A stretch of 63,795 nucleotides of DNA, filler included, from Octopus bimaculoides (GCF_001194135.2; 5 parts of 5 records of this genome joined end to end with filler, not necessarily neighbours in it), one strand, 5' to 3'. Counted from the first letter of the whole stretch, positions 26,341-40,894 are shown. The notes: generated by a model not told the origin, from the sequence alone. Numbers and translations are program-made.

Positions 26341-26362
26341 GTAACACACACACATATATATA

Positions 26363-26428
<66 letters not shown>

Positions 26429-26492
26429 NNNNNNNNNNNNNNNNNNNNNNNNNNNNNNNNNNNNNNNNNNNNNNNNNNNNNNNNNNNNNNNN

Positions 26493-26938
26493 TTCTTTTT
26501 TCTTTTATACTTTTACGTGTTTCAGTTATTTGACTGCGGCCATATTGGAGCACCGCCCTTAGTCGAACGAATGGACCCCAGGACTTATTCTTTGTAAGCC
26601 TTGTACTTATTCTATCGGTCTGTTTTGCTGAATGGCTAAGTTACGGGGACATAAACACACCAATATCGGTTGTCAAGCGATGGTGGGGGACAAACACACA
26701 GACTCATACACTCACACACCCACAAACACGTACACGCGCCCGCCCGCATGCCCGCACGCACACACACACGCATCTATATATAAGATAGGCTTCTTTCAAT
26801 TTCCGTCTAGCAAATCCACTCACAAGGCTCTAGTCGGCCTGAGGCTATAGTAGATAACTCTTGCCCAAAGTGCCACGCAGTGAGACTGAACTCTGAACCA
26901 TGTGGTTGGTAAGCAAGCTACTTACCACACACCCACTA
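26493..26938 (-). mobile_element. SINE family B, full length with internal microsatellite
   Basis: Head, CORE-like box, (TG)-rich spacer and the 3' module ending gactgaaac. Confidence 0.9.
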
Positions 26939-27547
26939 TGTACATACTTACATGCAAACATATTCACATACAGTATAAAAATGCAGAATACTATGTAGAA
27001 AATGCATAGCTACTTAGCGCAACAGCTGTTTCGGGAAGCTCAGGTTTACGTAATAATCTTAATCTTCATAATTTGCAAATGGAACATAGAAACCGATTTT
27101 GATATGCAACCAGTAAACTGTCATACGGCAAGATTACAATCACTCCTGTTCCCCTAATCAAGAGAGAGTTGGTAAAAGCCATCTCACTTGTTTCTATGTA
27201 AAATTCAGATATTAATTCTCTTACACAGAAGAAAGAATATTGGAAAATGTTGAAGTCTATTACCAAATAAATGAGGTTAAAGGCCACAAGGTAGTTGTGA
27301 AAGATTTTCTCGCGTTACGTAATGGATATACAACATGCACAATGTCTTATGTATTCAGTAGCGCTGTTCTTAACTATAATCAATACAACCCGTGACATTA
27401 GCAGTATTTTCTAGTCTTAGGCATTTCATGACTTATACCTACATCAGCTAAATGCTTCTTTCTTTATTGTTGCTGCAGGAAGAGCTAATGTCTCGAAAGA
27501 TACACGTCGGCCACTGGTAATCTTATCAATATTAATGTTTGTTAATA

Positions 27548-27810
27548 AGGCGTTAAGCTGGCAGAAACGATAGCGCGCCGGGCGAAATGCTTAGTGGTAT
27601 TTCGTCTGCTGATACGTTCTGAGTTCAAATTCCGCCGAGGTCGACTTTGCCTTTCATCATTTCGGGGTCGATTAAATAAGTACCAGTTATGCACCGGGGT
27701 CGATATAATCATCTTAATCCGTCTGTCTGTCCTTGTTTGTCCCTTGTGTGTAACCCCTTGTCTGCAGTAAAGAAATAAGGAACGTTAGCCCGCCGGGTGA
27801 AATGCTTAGC
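27548..27810 (+). mobile_element. SINE family A, third tail type, plus a head fragment
   Basis: The body is followed by ttaatccgtctgtctgtccttgtttgtccc. Confidence 0.9.
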
Positions 27811-29185
27811 GTCTTGTCTTGGATTTGTTGTGATTTTCCCTCTAATATATACCTGCTAACTCGGTAGCCTACTTCGGATCTCTAGCTCCAGCCTCACTGT
27901 GAATTTGGAACCTAGCCGATGAAGAATTACAGAGCTAACACGTCATAACAGCGTACCTATTCTTTTAGATCACCAGTCAACTTAAACCCTCATATTCCTT
28001 ATATATATATATATATATANNNNNNNNNNNNNNNNNNNNNNNNNNNNNNNNNNNNNNNNNNNNNNNNNNNNNNNNNNNNNNNNNNNNNNNNNNNNNNNNN
28101 NNNNNNNNNNNNNNNNNNNNNNNNNNNNNNNNNNNNNNNNNNNNNNNNNNNNNNNNNNNNNNNNNNNNNNNNNNNNNNNNNNNNNNNNNNNNNNNNNNNN
28201 NNNNNNNNNNNNNNNNNNNNNNNNNNNNNNNNNNNNNNNNNNNNNNNNNNNNNNNNNNNNNNNNNNNNNNNNNNNNNNNNNNNNNNNNNNNNNNNNNNNN
28301 NNNNNNNNNNNNNNNNNNNNNNNNNNNNNNNNNNNNNNNNNNNNNNNNNNNNNNNNNNNNNNNNNNNNNNNNNNNNNNNNNNNNNNNNNNNNNNNNNNNN
28401 NNNNNNNNNNNNNNNNNNNNNNNNNNNNNNNNNNNNNNNNNNNNNNNNNNNNNNNNNNTTAACGTCTTCCTCACGCGGTCTTGATGTCGCATGGTCAAAA
28501 TTAACGTGAGTTATTTAGACATTAACAAATTTATTAGAATATTTAGCTGAAGATCAGAATAGAGTATTCTTTGCTCTTAACTGTGAAACGATCGTACTAA
28601 ATTAACTAAAGGCAAGTGGTTTTTTACTCTTCTCTACTGTTTTTTGTTCTGTGTGTATCAAAAATATCGCTATCAATTTAGAGTAATAATTTGTAGTTTT
28701 GGAATCAGTAGTTCTTTGGCTGCTATTTCTGAATTCTCAGTATGTTGGAGAAGCAGGTTACTGTCAATCCCTATATATTTATGATTATATATATATATAC
28801 ATACATTCCTATATGTGTGTTTATATATGAAGGGTTTATGTGCTCAGTATTTTATAAATAGTATTCATATGACATGTCATGGTGGTATGAAGACGAAAAC
28901 AGAGCGTAAATTTCCAGGTGTCGCCACCGCACATATTCACAGGCATCGCTCTGTTTGCATACTTGCATAATTTAAAGCAATTCAACTTCCGTTCGTTTCA
29001 TATTAGATATATTTCCAATACAACCGCTTCATTTACACACAGGTCTTTATTCGAATTCTCTATTCGCTTCCTCAAACAGGCTATAGCAGCTATGTTCAGG
29101 CATATAAAACTGGTTATTGTCACTAATTCAAAACCAGACTATCCTTCGAGTCTATGTATGACTCTGTGTGCACTACTAGACAATA

Positions 29186-29241
<56 letters not shown>

Positions 29242-30339
29242 GTATATATGCATATATCTATGAATGCATCTATGTATGTATGTATGTATATTTATGTATA
29301 GTATATGCATAACGTGCATTCAATACTTGTCGAAAGACAGCAGGAGAACTGATACTGATGCATGTATATGTATACATAAAAGTATGTGTATAGATATATG
29401 TATGCCTGTATGTGTGTGTATATGTCTGTATGTCATGTGTGCGCGTGTGTCTGAATATCGTTATACAGTTATAAATATATTTGTGCGTGTATATGTGCAT
29501 ATGTGTATATCTTTATAATTTGGCAATACGCATGAATGCTATGTATGTATATATNNNNNNNNNNNNNNNNNNNNNNNNNNNNNNNNNNNNNNNNNNNNNN
29601 NNNNNNNNNNNNNNNNNNNNNNNNNNNNNNNNNNNNNNNNNNNNNNNNNNNNNNNNNNNNNNNNNNNNNNNNNNNNNNNNNNNNNNNNNNNNNNNNNNNN
29701 NNNNNNNNNNNNNNNNNNNNNNNNNNNNNNNNNNNNNNNNNNNNNNNNNNNNNNNNNNNNNNNNNNNNNNNNNNNNNNNNNNNNNNNNNNNNNNNNNNNN
29801 NNNNNNNNNNNNNNNNNNNNNNNNNNNNNNNNNNNNNNNNNNNNNNNNNNNNNNNNNNNNNNNATATGTATACACGCGTATAAGTAATACGTGCATATAT
29901 TTTAGGCAGGCTATCGTTAATGTATATATAAGCATACACACACAAACACACACACGCACACACCACATACACACACATATATATACATTCTTTGCATAAA
30001 AGTATATGGCTCGAATTATGTGTTGAATTTGTTGAGAAAAGTGCGAGTGTGAATTGAATATAAGAAAGAAGAACTGGAAAATCTCGCCTATGATATTATT
30101 CACGTCTTTTGTCCATATTCACACTGTTTAAAAATAGGTTTCTGTGTTCCATTTGTCTGACGAGAAGATCTGTTCAGAAACGAAAGGAAAGCCTTCTGGG
30201 TTTAGTTTTCTTTATTTGCTGTGTGAATTTGTTTCCATTTGCAAACCATATTTCATTTAATTCAAAATTTCGCATCTATCATCTCCTCCTTGTTGTTACT
30301 CTTCTTGTGATTTATATTCTAGCAGCTGCTGCTTCTGTT

Positions 30340-30540
30340 GTCGTTGTTGTTGTTGCAGCTGTTGCTGCAGCTGCTGTTGTTGTTGTTGTTGTTGTTATTG
30401 TTCTTCTTCTTCTTCTTCTTCTTCTTCTTCTTCTTCTTCTTCTTCTTCTTCTTCTTCTTCTTCTTCTTCTTCTTCTTCTTCTTCTTCTTCTTCTTCTTCT
30501 TCTTCTTCTTCTTCTTCTCCTCCTCCTCCTCCTTCTCCTC
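30340..30540. repeat. Compound trinucleotide microsatellite (GTT/GCT)-(CTT)n-(CCT)
   Basis: Directly visible. Confidence 0.95.
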
Positions 30541-31658
30541 CTACAAAATATAGCCCCTCACACTCACGGATATACATAACTGTGGGCGTGTGTGCCTGCG
30601 TATACTACGTTGCGAGGACTAAGTAAATATTCCCTTCCATCATAAGCATTTGAAATGAAGTCTTAAACCACTTTGCGCTGTTTAAATACTTTTATACTCC
30701 TACTAGCGAACTAAGGTGGCCAGGGCGTCGTGTTTCATGCTTATAAACATTAAGAAATGGACAAATCACGATTAAGTTTTGCATTCTATTTGGGTGTTAT
30801 TATCACAACTGTTTCCATCGGCTCTTATATCAGAGTGTCTTGGCTGCTGGATAACAACTCTATAAGTGAATACCCGCAAATCAACCATACAAGTGATTAT
30901 CTGAATATCTATTCTATAGTATAACCCAAATGTGCAGATACTCACTGGTTGAGCCTGAAGGGTGAGGCGTTCGACAGGTGCCGAAACCGCTGTGTTTTCT
31001 TGTTGACAGCTGACGAAAGGAGTGTCCCGCAGTGTAAAACGCACAGTAAAATATAGCCAAGAATATTTAAACGGCTTAATGCTTCTGAAATTGAAGAAAA
31101 TCAGGCAATTGGATAGTGAGATAATAATACTAATAAAAGGTTAAACGACTTTATGAGTCAATTAGCAAAATGTACGCATTTACGAGAACTCAAGAATACT
31201 GTTGGGCATCGTTAACGGACTTAGTGAATATATAATTAAAATGTTACGTTGGAATATATGACAATATTGTTACGCCAGTTAATTGGCTTAACGAGACGAT
31301 GTGTGAAAGGTAGCATTGATTACTAGAATTCCTTTAGGAATCAGTGGCTGACTTTATGATTGACAAAAGCAGAATTACAAAGCTTGAGATTCATTCCTTC
31401 GCATATTCGCGTGCAGACGTCATTCAAATTCCAAACGTTGTTAACATTGTTAAATCTGATTTGAAAGATATGTGCATACCAGAAATAATAATTAATATTA
31501 TATAACATACACACGCACACACACACACACACACACACGTATGTGAGTATGCGGTGTGTGTGTGCATATGTGCGTATGTATATATGTATGTAAGTATATA
31601 TATACATATGTATGTATGTATATATGTATATATAAATATGTATGTATATATATATATG

Positions 31659-31756
<98 letters not shown>

Positions 31757-32641
31757 AATATACACACACATGCATATATATATATACATACATATTTATA
31801 TATACACACATGCATAAGCATATACACACACATATATATCTTCATAGACATGTATATGTATATATACATATGTCTGGATATACATATATATATATATNNN
31901 NNNNNNNNNNNNNNNNNNNNNNNNNNNNNNNNNNNNNNNNNNNNNNNNNNNNNNNNNNNNNNNNNNNNNNNNNNNNNNNNNNNNNNNNNNNNNNNNNNNN
32001 NNNNNNNNNNNNNNNNNNNNNNNNNNNNNNNNNNNNNNNNNNNNNNNNNNNNNNNNNNNNNNNNNNNNNNNNNNNNNNNNNNNNNNNNNNNNNNNNNNNN
32101 NNNNNNNNNNNNNNNNNNNNNNNNNNNNNNNNNNNNNNNNNNNNNNNNNNNNNNNNNNNNNNNNNNNNNNNNNNNNNNNNNNNNNNNNNNNNNNNNNNNN
32201 NNNNNNNNNNNNNNNNNNNNNNNNNNNNNNNNNNNNNNNNNNNNNNNNNNNNNNNNNNNNNNNNNNNNNNNNNNNNNNNNNNNNNNNNNNNNNNNNNNNN
32301 NNNNNNNNNNNNNNNNNNNNNNNNNNNNNNNNNNNATATATATATATATAGACTCATACATATACACACACATATATATAGGCATTTCTACATTCATATA
32401 TATTTGATATATACGTATAAGTATTCATATACGCACATGCACATAGTTATAAGCATACATACACACAGACGCATACTCCTAAATGAATATGTATAAACCA
32501 CATAGAGACACAGGCACATGCAATCTTGACGAAAACTGATGTAAGAGTTCGTGTGAGGACGTGTGAACATACATATCTAATATATATTTATAGGATTTTA
32601 GATCTAGTTCTACATATATTAATTTCACTCTCATTCACTAC

Positions 32642-32684
<43 letters not shown>

Positions 32685-32685
32685 C

Positions 32686-32724
<39 letters not shown>

Positions 32725-32749
32725 CCTACCTATCTATCTATCTTCTCTT

Positions 32750-32789
<40 letters not shown>

Positions 32790-32924
32790 AGTATACACTC
32801 ATATTCTCTCTCTCTCATTCTCCCTCTCTACCTGACATACAACTATAGATTGTACATATTCAACATAATCGTTATAGCGTACGTGTTATAAGCATATGTA
32901 TTTCTACTTATATATATTACATAC

Positions 32925-32964
<40 letters not shown>

Positions 32965-33632
32965 NNNNNNNNNNNNNNNNNNNNNNNNNNNNNNNNNNNN
33001 NNNNNNNNNNNNNNNNNNNNNNNNNNNNNNNNNNNNNNNNNNNNNNNNNNNNNNNNNNNNNNNNNNNNNNNNNNNNNNNNNNNNNNNNNNNNNNNNNNNN
33101 NNNNNNNNNNNNNNNNNNNNNNNNNNNNNNNNNNNNNNNNNNNNNNNNNNNNNNNNNNNNNNNNNNNNNNNNNNNNNNNNNNNNNNNNNNNNNNNNNNNN
33201 NNNNNNNNNNNNNNNNNNNNNNNNNNNNNNNNNNNNNNNNNNNNNNNNNNNNNNNNNNNNNNNNNNNNNNNNNNNNNNNNNNNNNNNNNNNNNNNNNNNN
33301 NNNNNNNNNNNNNNNNNNNNNNNNNNNNNNNNNNNNNNNNNNNNNNNNNNNNNNNNNNNNNNNNNNNNNNNNNNNNNNNNNNNNNNNNNNNNNNNNNNNN
33401 NNNNNNNNNNNNNNNNNNNNNNNNNNNNNNNNNNNNNNNNNNNNNNNNNNNNNNNNNNNNNNNNNNNNNNNNNNNNNNNNNNNNNNNNNNNNNNNNNNNN
33501 NNNNNNNNNNNNNNNNNNNNNNNNNNNNNNNNNNNNNNNNNNNNNNNNNNNNNNNNNNNNNNNNNNNNNNNNNNNNNNNNNNNNNNNNNNNNNNNNNNNN
33601 NNNNNNNNNNNNATATACATATATATATATAT

Positions 33633-33674
<42 letters not shown>

Positions 33675-34186
33675 TGATAGGTAGATATGTGTAAATATGC
33701 AACACTGAAGAGTAAAATACAGGGGCACCCCCTGTTCGCCTCACTTTTGGGTGATGCCACTGGACGGTTGCACCTATGTGTTTTTTTTTGTCTGTGTGTG
33801 TCTTTCCATGAGTTGCAAACAGTCTTTGTACTCAAATGTACTCACGTAAAGTGTTTCTGGTTTGCCATCTGTGTTTCATAATTAATGCAAATCCATAACG
33901 AAAGGCAAATGTACTACGCATATCGTCCAGACATAAAATCTCTTATGGCTGACGTATTTTCATTCAAAGTCCCGAATATATCTTTAGGAGACGGAAATCG
34001 TCATGGAACAGCGCTCAGATTGCTAGATGTGTATTTCTGACCGTTTGTGCTTTGTCAGCAGCAGTTCCTTAATTGCAAGCTCAGACTATTAGTCTAGTAT
34101 CGCAAAATCGTACTGACGAAGTGAAAAGAAGCAGAAATGCGCAATTAGCATTCATAACACACCTACTGGATGGTTTTCATCTGCCA

Positions 34187-34227
<41 letters not shown>

Positions 34228-34666
34228 AGGTTTGGAGGTGATGTACAGAAATTATATAGAAAAAAATTAAGGAACTCAGAAATCTGGATGTTTGTACATT
34301 TACAGATTTTTATTAACGTCACATGTTTTATAAATTAAATAAAGCGCTTTTCACCTAATCGTGTAGGATTTTCAAATTGTTTATATGTATATATATNNNN
34401 NNNNNNNNNNNNNNNNNNNNNNNNNNNNNNNNNNNNNNNNNNNNNNNNNNNNNNNNNNNNNNNNNNNNNNNNNNNNNNNNNNTATATATATATATATATA
34501 TATATTTTGAGCACAGTCCGTCCATAAGAGAGATTATCTCCGAACGAATGCCACGATTGGTTTGCATTTCGTGATGAATTTACATCCAATGTGAAACACT
34601 AATGTCTATTTTATCTTATACTGCAGTCATTCAATATAACCAGACGCCGCTGCATGTTAAGAATGT

Positions 34667-35135
34667 GTAGGCGTGGCTCTATGCTAACAAGTTAGCTACC
34701 TAAACACATGGTTCCGGGTTCACTCCCACAGCATGGCAACTTGAAGAACTGTCTTCTGATATAGCCTCGAAACGTTATGGAAGGTCATCGTGTGTGTGTG
34801 TGTCTCTGTGTGTTGCGTGTGTGTGTGTGTATGCATGTGTGTGTGCGTATCTGTGTATGTCGGTATGTGCATATGTATGTATACTTATGTGTGTGTGTGT
34901 GTCTGTCTGTGTCTGTGCTTTTGTATCACCGTTTATCCTCCAGCCGCTTGATAACCGGTGTGAGTTTATTTGGAGTCTAGTAACTTAGCTGTTCGGCAAA
35001 AGAAACCGTTTAAATAAGTTTCAAATAAAAATAAAACATAAGTCAGTAGTGTATTTGTTTGACAAAACTCCTCCAGACCGTGCCCCAACTTGCCCGCAGT
35101 CCAATGACTGAAACAAGTAACAGATAAAACATAAT
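34667..35135 (+). mobile_element. SINE family B, full length, diverged
   Basis: Same architecture, with a (TG/TATG) internal tract. Confidence 0.85.
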
Positions 35136-38100
35136 CGATACACTTCATATTAATTTCTAGTCACAAGATTCAGCATTTTATTGGTGCTTGTGGGATTAGG
35201 GCGAAGCTGCCGATCAGTTAAAATCATCGACAGAAAGCATTGTAGTGAACCTTCATTGATTACAACTAAAATGGAGTCACAAATTCGTTTGGCTGTAATC
35301 TTATATTTATCTTCTTTTGTTTTCGTGCGACTGAATTAAAGGAAAAAGCAGCAGCAGGCCAATAATCTTCAGATCTTCCGTAATTGCAAGTGTAAGAAAG
35401 AAGGAGGTGCTTGTCATTAGGTCAGAACCATTTCTCCAATGTTTGAAACAAAATCTACCTCACTGTCATCGGTTCTTTAAAGTTCCTCGCACATAAACAG
35501 GCTACACTATATGCTAATCATTCTTAATGGGCTTGTATATGTTAGGCTGACTGGGTAAAATCGGTTGCATCTACCCGAGAACATGATTAGCACTAAGGTA
35601 TTTGGCACCACAAAAATAAGTAACAGCTATTAAAACATAGCATATATTTTCTTGGAAATTTGGAGACAGAATACTGTCGAATCGAACTTGATTCTTACCG
35701 TTTTCGCATTCAAATTTCAACCAACATCTTCATACCTATCCTGCTGATATTTTCTGGGTAGCATGTCGATACTATTCTAGAATACTTAGAACCCAGTCAA
35801 AAACAATTGTATTCTTTAATTATAGTTCTTCACTTCTTCCATCCAATTCACACTGTCAAAATTGAATTCCATTCATCTGGGATCGGTGAAAGATGATATG
35901 CCAATCAGGAATTGAGAGTATTAGATTTGATTGTAGGTCTTCGCTTACCGCGTAGCTGTGCACCAACGTGAGGACATGGATATTGTCTGAATATATCGAA
36001 TTATGTCGCAAATGGAATAGAATCACTTAGTCTGAAGTGCGATGGTGAAAATATTTAAAATTCTGATTTGATAGGCCTCCAGTTTTGACGTGGCAATTCA
36101 CTTTTCTGGTTTCTATAGAAAAAAAAAACAACAATGAAATACTATAGATTGTATACCATCGATTGCTTTCTCTTGCTTTCTTCCAAGGATCTTGCAGCAT
36201 CATTTAATATTAGCAAATATGTGGCTGTCATTGTTTGCGCTTGTTGTATAGCCTATTTGTGTGGCGAATTGGCGCATTTGTTTATAGATTGTAAAATAAA
36301 AACACCTCCCGGGATTTGTCACGCAGCATCAGTTCAAAAAACCGCTTAGATCAATTTGTCTTTTATCCTTTCAAAATCGATAAAAATATGCCGACACAGG
36401 GCACTGGATTAACGTAAATGTTACAGGGACGGGTAAGATGACTTAGAGTATCTGCCCCTTGAATAAACAACGCAGGTGTAGAGAAGAAGGCGGAATGCGT
36501 GTATGCATGGCCACCTGCCTGCAGTCTGCATCAGAAATTTAATCCATGCGAGCAGATGCTAAATTAACGTTGCCCGACGGAGGCCCCGAATAATCTACCT
36601 CTTAAACACGTCACAACAGTCCTAGCTACCACGTTGTCACCTTTTTAAAATATGAGTATATCCTGTCTTCAAAACGGCCGGACGTGTTTAGATACAAATG
36701 AAACTTGTGATGATTCTAGCACTCACACAAAATCTTATTCTTTAGTTCATAAGGAGAGCGATTGAAACGCAACATTGCATAAAATATTTGTTGACAAAGA
36801 ACAATAAACAACTATCTGTTTCAAACATTAAACTTTGGTTTGACACTTCTATGACAATCTCATATTATATACTGGTTCTTTGGTCACTTTATAAAGACAC
36901 TAACTTCAAAGCTACAATTGAAATACAAGATTTTTGGGAACAATGGTTGTCTACTGATTTTAAGTGTCTTTATGTAAAAATCTATGCAATTCAATGATGT
37001 TGAATTCTAGAATTGAATTTGTATTGCAAAAGAAGACAACAGTATTTGCTGAGAGACTTGGCTAAATTTGTATTTGAATAAAGATCGAGACGACAGCTTA
37101 TTGACGATATTGTATATATAGACTCGCATATAGCCGCCACAGCAATTACACAACTTGGACACCAATAAACAGAAATGTATATACGCAGACATCAATAAAC
37201 GGAATACATAGAAGATTCTATGCACACACACAGAGACACACACATACACACAGACAAGCATATATATATATATATATATATATANNNNNNNNNNNNNNNN
37301 NNNNNNNNNNNNNNNNNNNNNNNNNNNNNNNNNNNNNNNNNNNNNNNNNNNNNNNNNNNNNNNNNNNNNNNNNNNNNNNNNNNNNNNNNNNNNNNNNNNN
37401 NNNNNNNNNNNNNNNNNNNNNNNNNNNNNNNNNNNNNNNNNNNNNNNNNNNNNNNNNNNNNNNNNNNNNNNNNNNNNNNNNNNNNNNNNNNNNNNNNNNN
37501 NNNNNNNNNNNNNNNNNNNNNNNNNNNNNNNNNNNNNNNNNNNNNNNNNNNNNNNNNNNNNNNNNNNNNNNNNNNNNNNNNNNNNNNNNNNNNNNNNNNN
37601 NNNNNNNNNNNNNNNNNNNNNNNNNNNNNNNNNNNNNNNNNNNNNNNNNNNNNNNNNNNNNNNNNNNNNNNNNNNNNNNNNNNNNNNNNNNNNNNNNNNN
37701 NNNNNNNNNNNNNNNNNNNNNNNNNNNNNNNNNNNNNNNNNNNNNNNNNNNNNNNNNNNNNNNNNNNNNNNNNNNNNNNNNNNNNNNNNNNNNNNNNNNN
37801 NNNNNNNNNNNNNNNNNNNNNNNNNNNNNNNNNNNNNNNNNNNNNNNNNNATATATATTCATATACATATATATTGCGGGAAAAAATAGAGGGCATGAGA
37901 GAGAAAGAGAGAAAAGCGGAGGGTGAGAGTCAGACAGACAAATAAATATACAGATACACGCAGGTAGATACATAGATGCAATGCATAGATTAACAAAATA
38001 TTAAGGAAACAATTTCAAACACGCTTTGGTTTATTAAAACTATGCCGATGCGCTGTAAGCTCCATATAGGTGAGACGCTTATAGGAGAACCGACAACATG

Positions 38101-38199
38101 AGTTGAAACAATTAAAGATAATGAGGAGTAGAATACAGAATATTAAGAAAATGTTCTGGGGACGGATATAGTATGTGTAATGTGTGTATGAAAACACCC

Positions 38200-38265
<66 letters not shown>

Positions 38266-38268
38266 ATA

Positions 38269-38480
38269 CAGGGTGGCCCAAAAGTCGATTTACAGTTATC
38301 TCGTAGACACTTTAAATTTCTTTCAAAACATTTTATTGCATTTAAATTTCTATCTTACAATTAACTAAATTAGCATAGAATAATGGTTTCATTATTTTTC
38401 ATAATTAAGATCTAAACTGTAAATATATGAATGTGAAAGAGATAGTTGAATGACTGTGAACCTACTTTTGGGCCACCCTG
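38269..38480. mobile_element. 212-bp Tc1/mariner-type MITE
   Basis: Perfect 17-bp TIR CAGGGTGGCCCAAAAGT at both ends (imperfect to ~28 bp), TA on both flanks, AT-rich interior, inserted in a microsatellite. Confidence 0.85.
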
Positions 38481-40196
38481 TATATNNNNNNNNNNNNNNN
38501 NNNNNNNNNNNNNNNNNNNNNNNNNNNNNNNNNNNNNNNNNNNNNNNNNNNNNNNNNNNNNNNNNNNNNNNNNNNNNNNNNNNNNNNNNNNNNNNNNNNN
38601 NNNNNNNNNNNNNNNNNNNNNNNNNNNNNNNNNNATATATATATATATATACATATGTATATATATAATGTAACAAAGAGGGAAAAAATTCCTTTAGTGG
38701 TGTGTAAAACATCCAATTCACTGGTACGTCAGTTGTGAACCACAGAAATAGGGGTATAAATACAAAATACAAACAATAAATTAGAGAAATACAAATGACA
38801 GTTTAACAATTTATTTATATTATAGTATTATATGCCATAAATATAATATAATATAACATATGATAATACAACTTTAAAAATTAATAAAAAACGTAAAAAA
38901 GCCAACAATTTGTTTCAACTTATATACATTATTTGATTTATTAACAATTCATATCCATGTATAAACGTCTCTTCGGGTTTTGGTTCAAAAGACAGACGAA
39001 ATTCCAAGTAAAAGGAGTGCCAGATTGCAAAATGTTGATTCGAAATACCTATTTTTAGGAGCGTGAGCTTTAACTATTCAAATACATAACGTGTACCATA
39101 AAAAAACGAAAATAACGGACAGAATAATTAAGAAAAGAAATTCTACAACTTTCAGAATCTTTCTATATATCTCCAATAATATCAATTCAAATGCACTCAT
39201 CCTTTTAACCCGATAAATAAAATCAACAGAAGCTTAAATCTACGATAATTGTAAACTATATTGTTTCTTACTTAGATAAAAAGATAATAAAGCATAATTA
39301 TAAATGATACATATCGAAATTTTGCTACGTCTTTCAGAAATAACTAATTTCGAAGTAACTATCAAATAATGGTCCCTATTTACGTAAATTGCCGAAGGGA
39401 GAATTCCGTAAATGTAAATAAACGAAAGCATAAACATAAAATATGGATCTACGACGAATATAATCTATATTATTTCTTAGATAAAAAGTTTATAAACTAT
39501 AAATAATATAGATTACGTCATATCTAAACAAACATTCATGGCTGCTTTTAAAAGGATTTTGTCCTTTATATATACTGTTCAGTATTTACGTGTTGAAAAT
39601 AATTTATCTTTCTACTTCTTCTATAAATAATATATTTCACAACTTTACTAAATCTTTCGGAAGGAACGAAATTAGAGTGTTGGAATAAGAATACAATCTA
39701 TAAAGTACACAATATTAGACATGAATTATCAAAATAATTAAGCTTAGTTTGCATCACAATTAATAAACATATTTACATAATTGAATGTTTCGTCAAAAAG
39801 GATCAGTAGAATAATTGCCAGACTTACAAATCTATACAGAATTCGGTTACTTTGAATAAATGCCCTCAAGACATGTCCCCATATGGTCGCAGTCCAATGA
39901 CAGAAACCAGAGGAAGTAACAAACACATATGTCTCTGTACAAGCGCGCACGCACACACACACAGACACACACAGACACACACAGACACACACACACGTAT
40001 ATGTTAACGTTTCTTTTTATGTTCAGTAATAATAAAAACAATTTTACATTAATATGATCGGTTACCCAATAATTTATTATTCTCAAACGAGTATGTTGTT
40101 GACAAGGACTTCGAAGCTTCAGCCTCTGTTGACAACACTCTTGTTTAAAAAGTTTATATAATTTTATATAATTTTAAAAAAAAATTAATAATAATG

Positions 40197-40253
<57 letters not shown>

Positions 40254-40491
40254 GTAATTTCATCTACGTTCAAATTTACCATGGTGGAATATACCGTGGT
40301 GGAATTTACCTATGGTGAAATTTACCAGGTGGATATATATCATAGAAGTATATTTCAAAACGAAAATAAAAGCTACACGTGGAAAAGATATGGGGAAAGT
40401 AAGAACAATTCATAATACTTTTATTCCTCTTAATTCTACCTAAGTTCATCTAATTGTATATATTTATCGTTACTTTTCATAAAGAAGCCTT

Positions 40492-40591
40492 NNNNNNNNN
40501 NNNNNNNNNNNNNNNNNNNNNNNNNNNNNNNNNNNTTAATTAATTAANNNNNNNNNNNNNNNNNNNNNNNNNNNNNNNNNNNNNNNNNNNN
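40492..40591. other. Artificial scaffold joiner
   Basis: Same construct. Confidence 0.95.
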
Positions 40592-40894
40592 CCATGGGGC
40601 CAGTTCTCCCTTTTTACCAGCCACCCTGCATTTATACACAAAAATCCTTAGTTCTTCTTTCAATCCTAAGACCTGCAACAAGAAGCCATTCTTTGCTGAA
40701 AAGTTGTAATAAAGCTGAAACTTTCCTGGTTTTCCTACACCTATTCATAAATGCCATTCACTCGCTTTTGTAATTAAGTTACACACAAACACAGGTGAGT
40801 AAGATGTGTCCTGCTTTTATAATTTCTATATATTTTGACCTGACTGTGACACTTTGCACAAACAGGCAAGTTCACTCCTTCAATGGTAAATGAG

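Noticed and set aside
30155-30195. CTGACGA..GAAAC and similar hits (also ~21514, ~34112)
   Set aside because: No stem I, stem III or UH cleavage triplet can be formed.
35640-36000. Several possible splice-site pairs in unique sequence
   Set aside because: Frames either contain stops or give unrecognisable short peptides; none matches SMIM20 exons 2-3.
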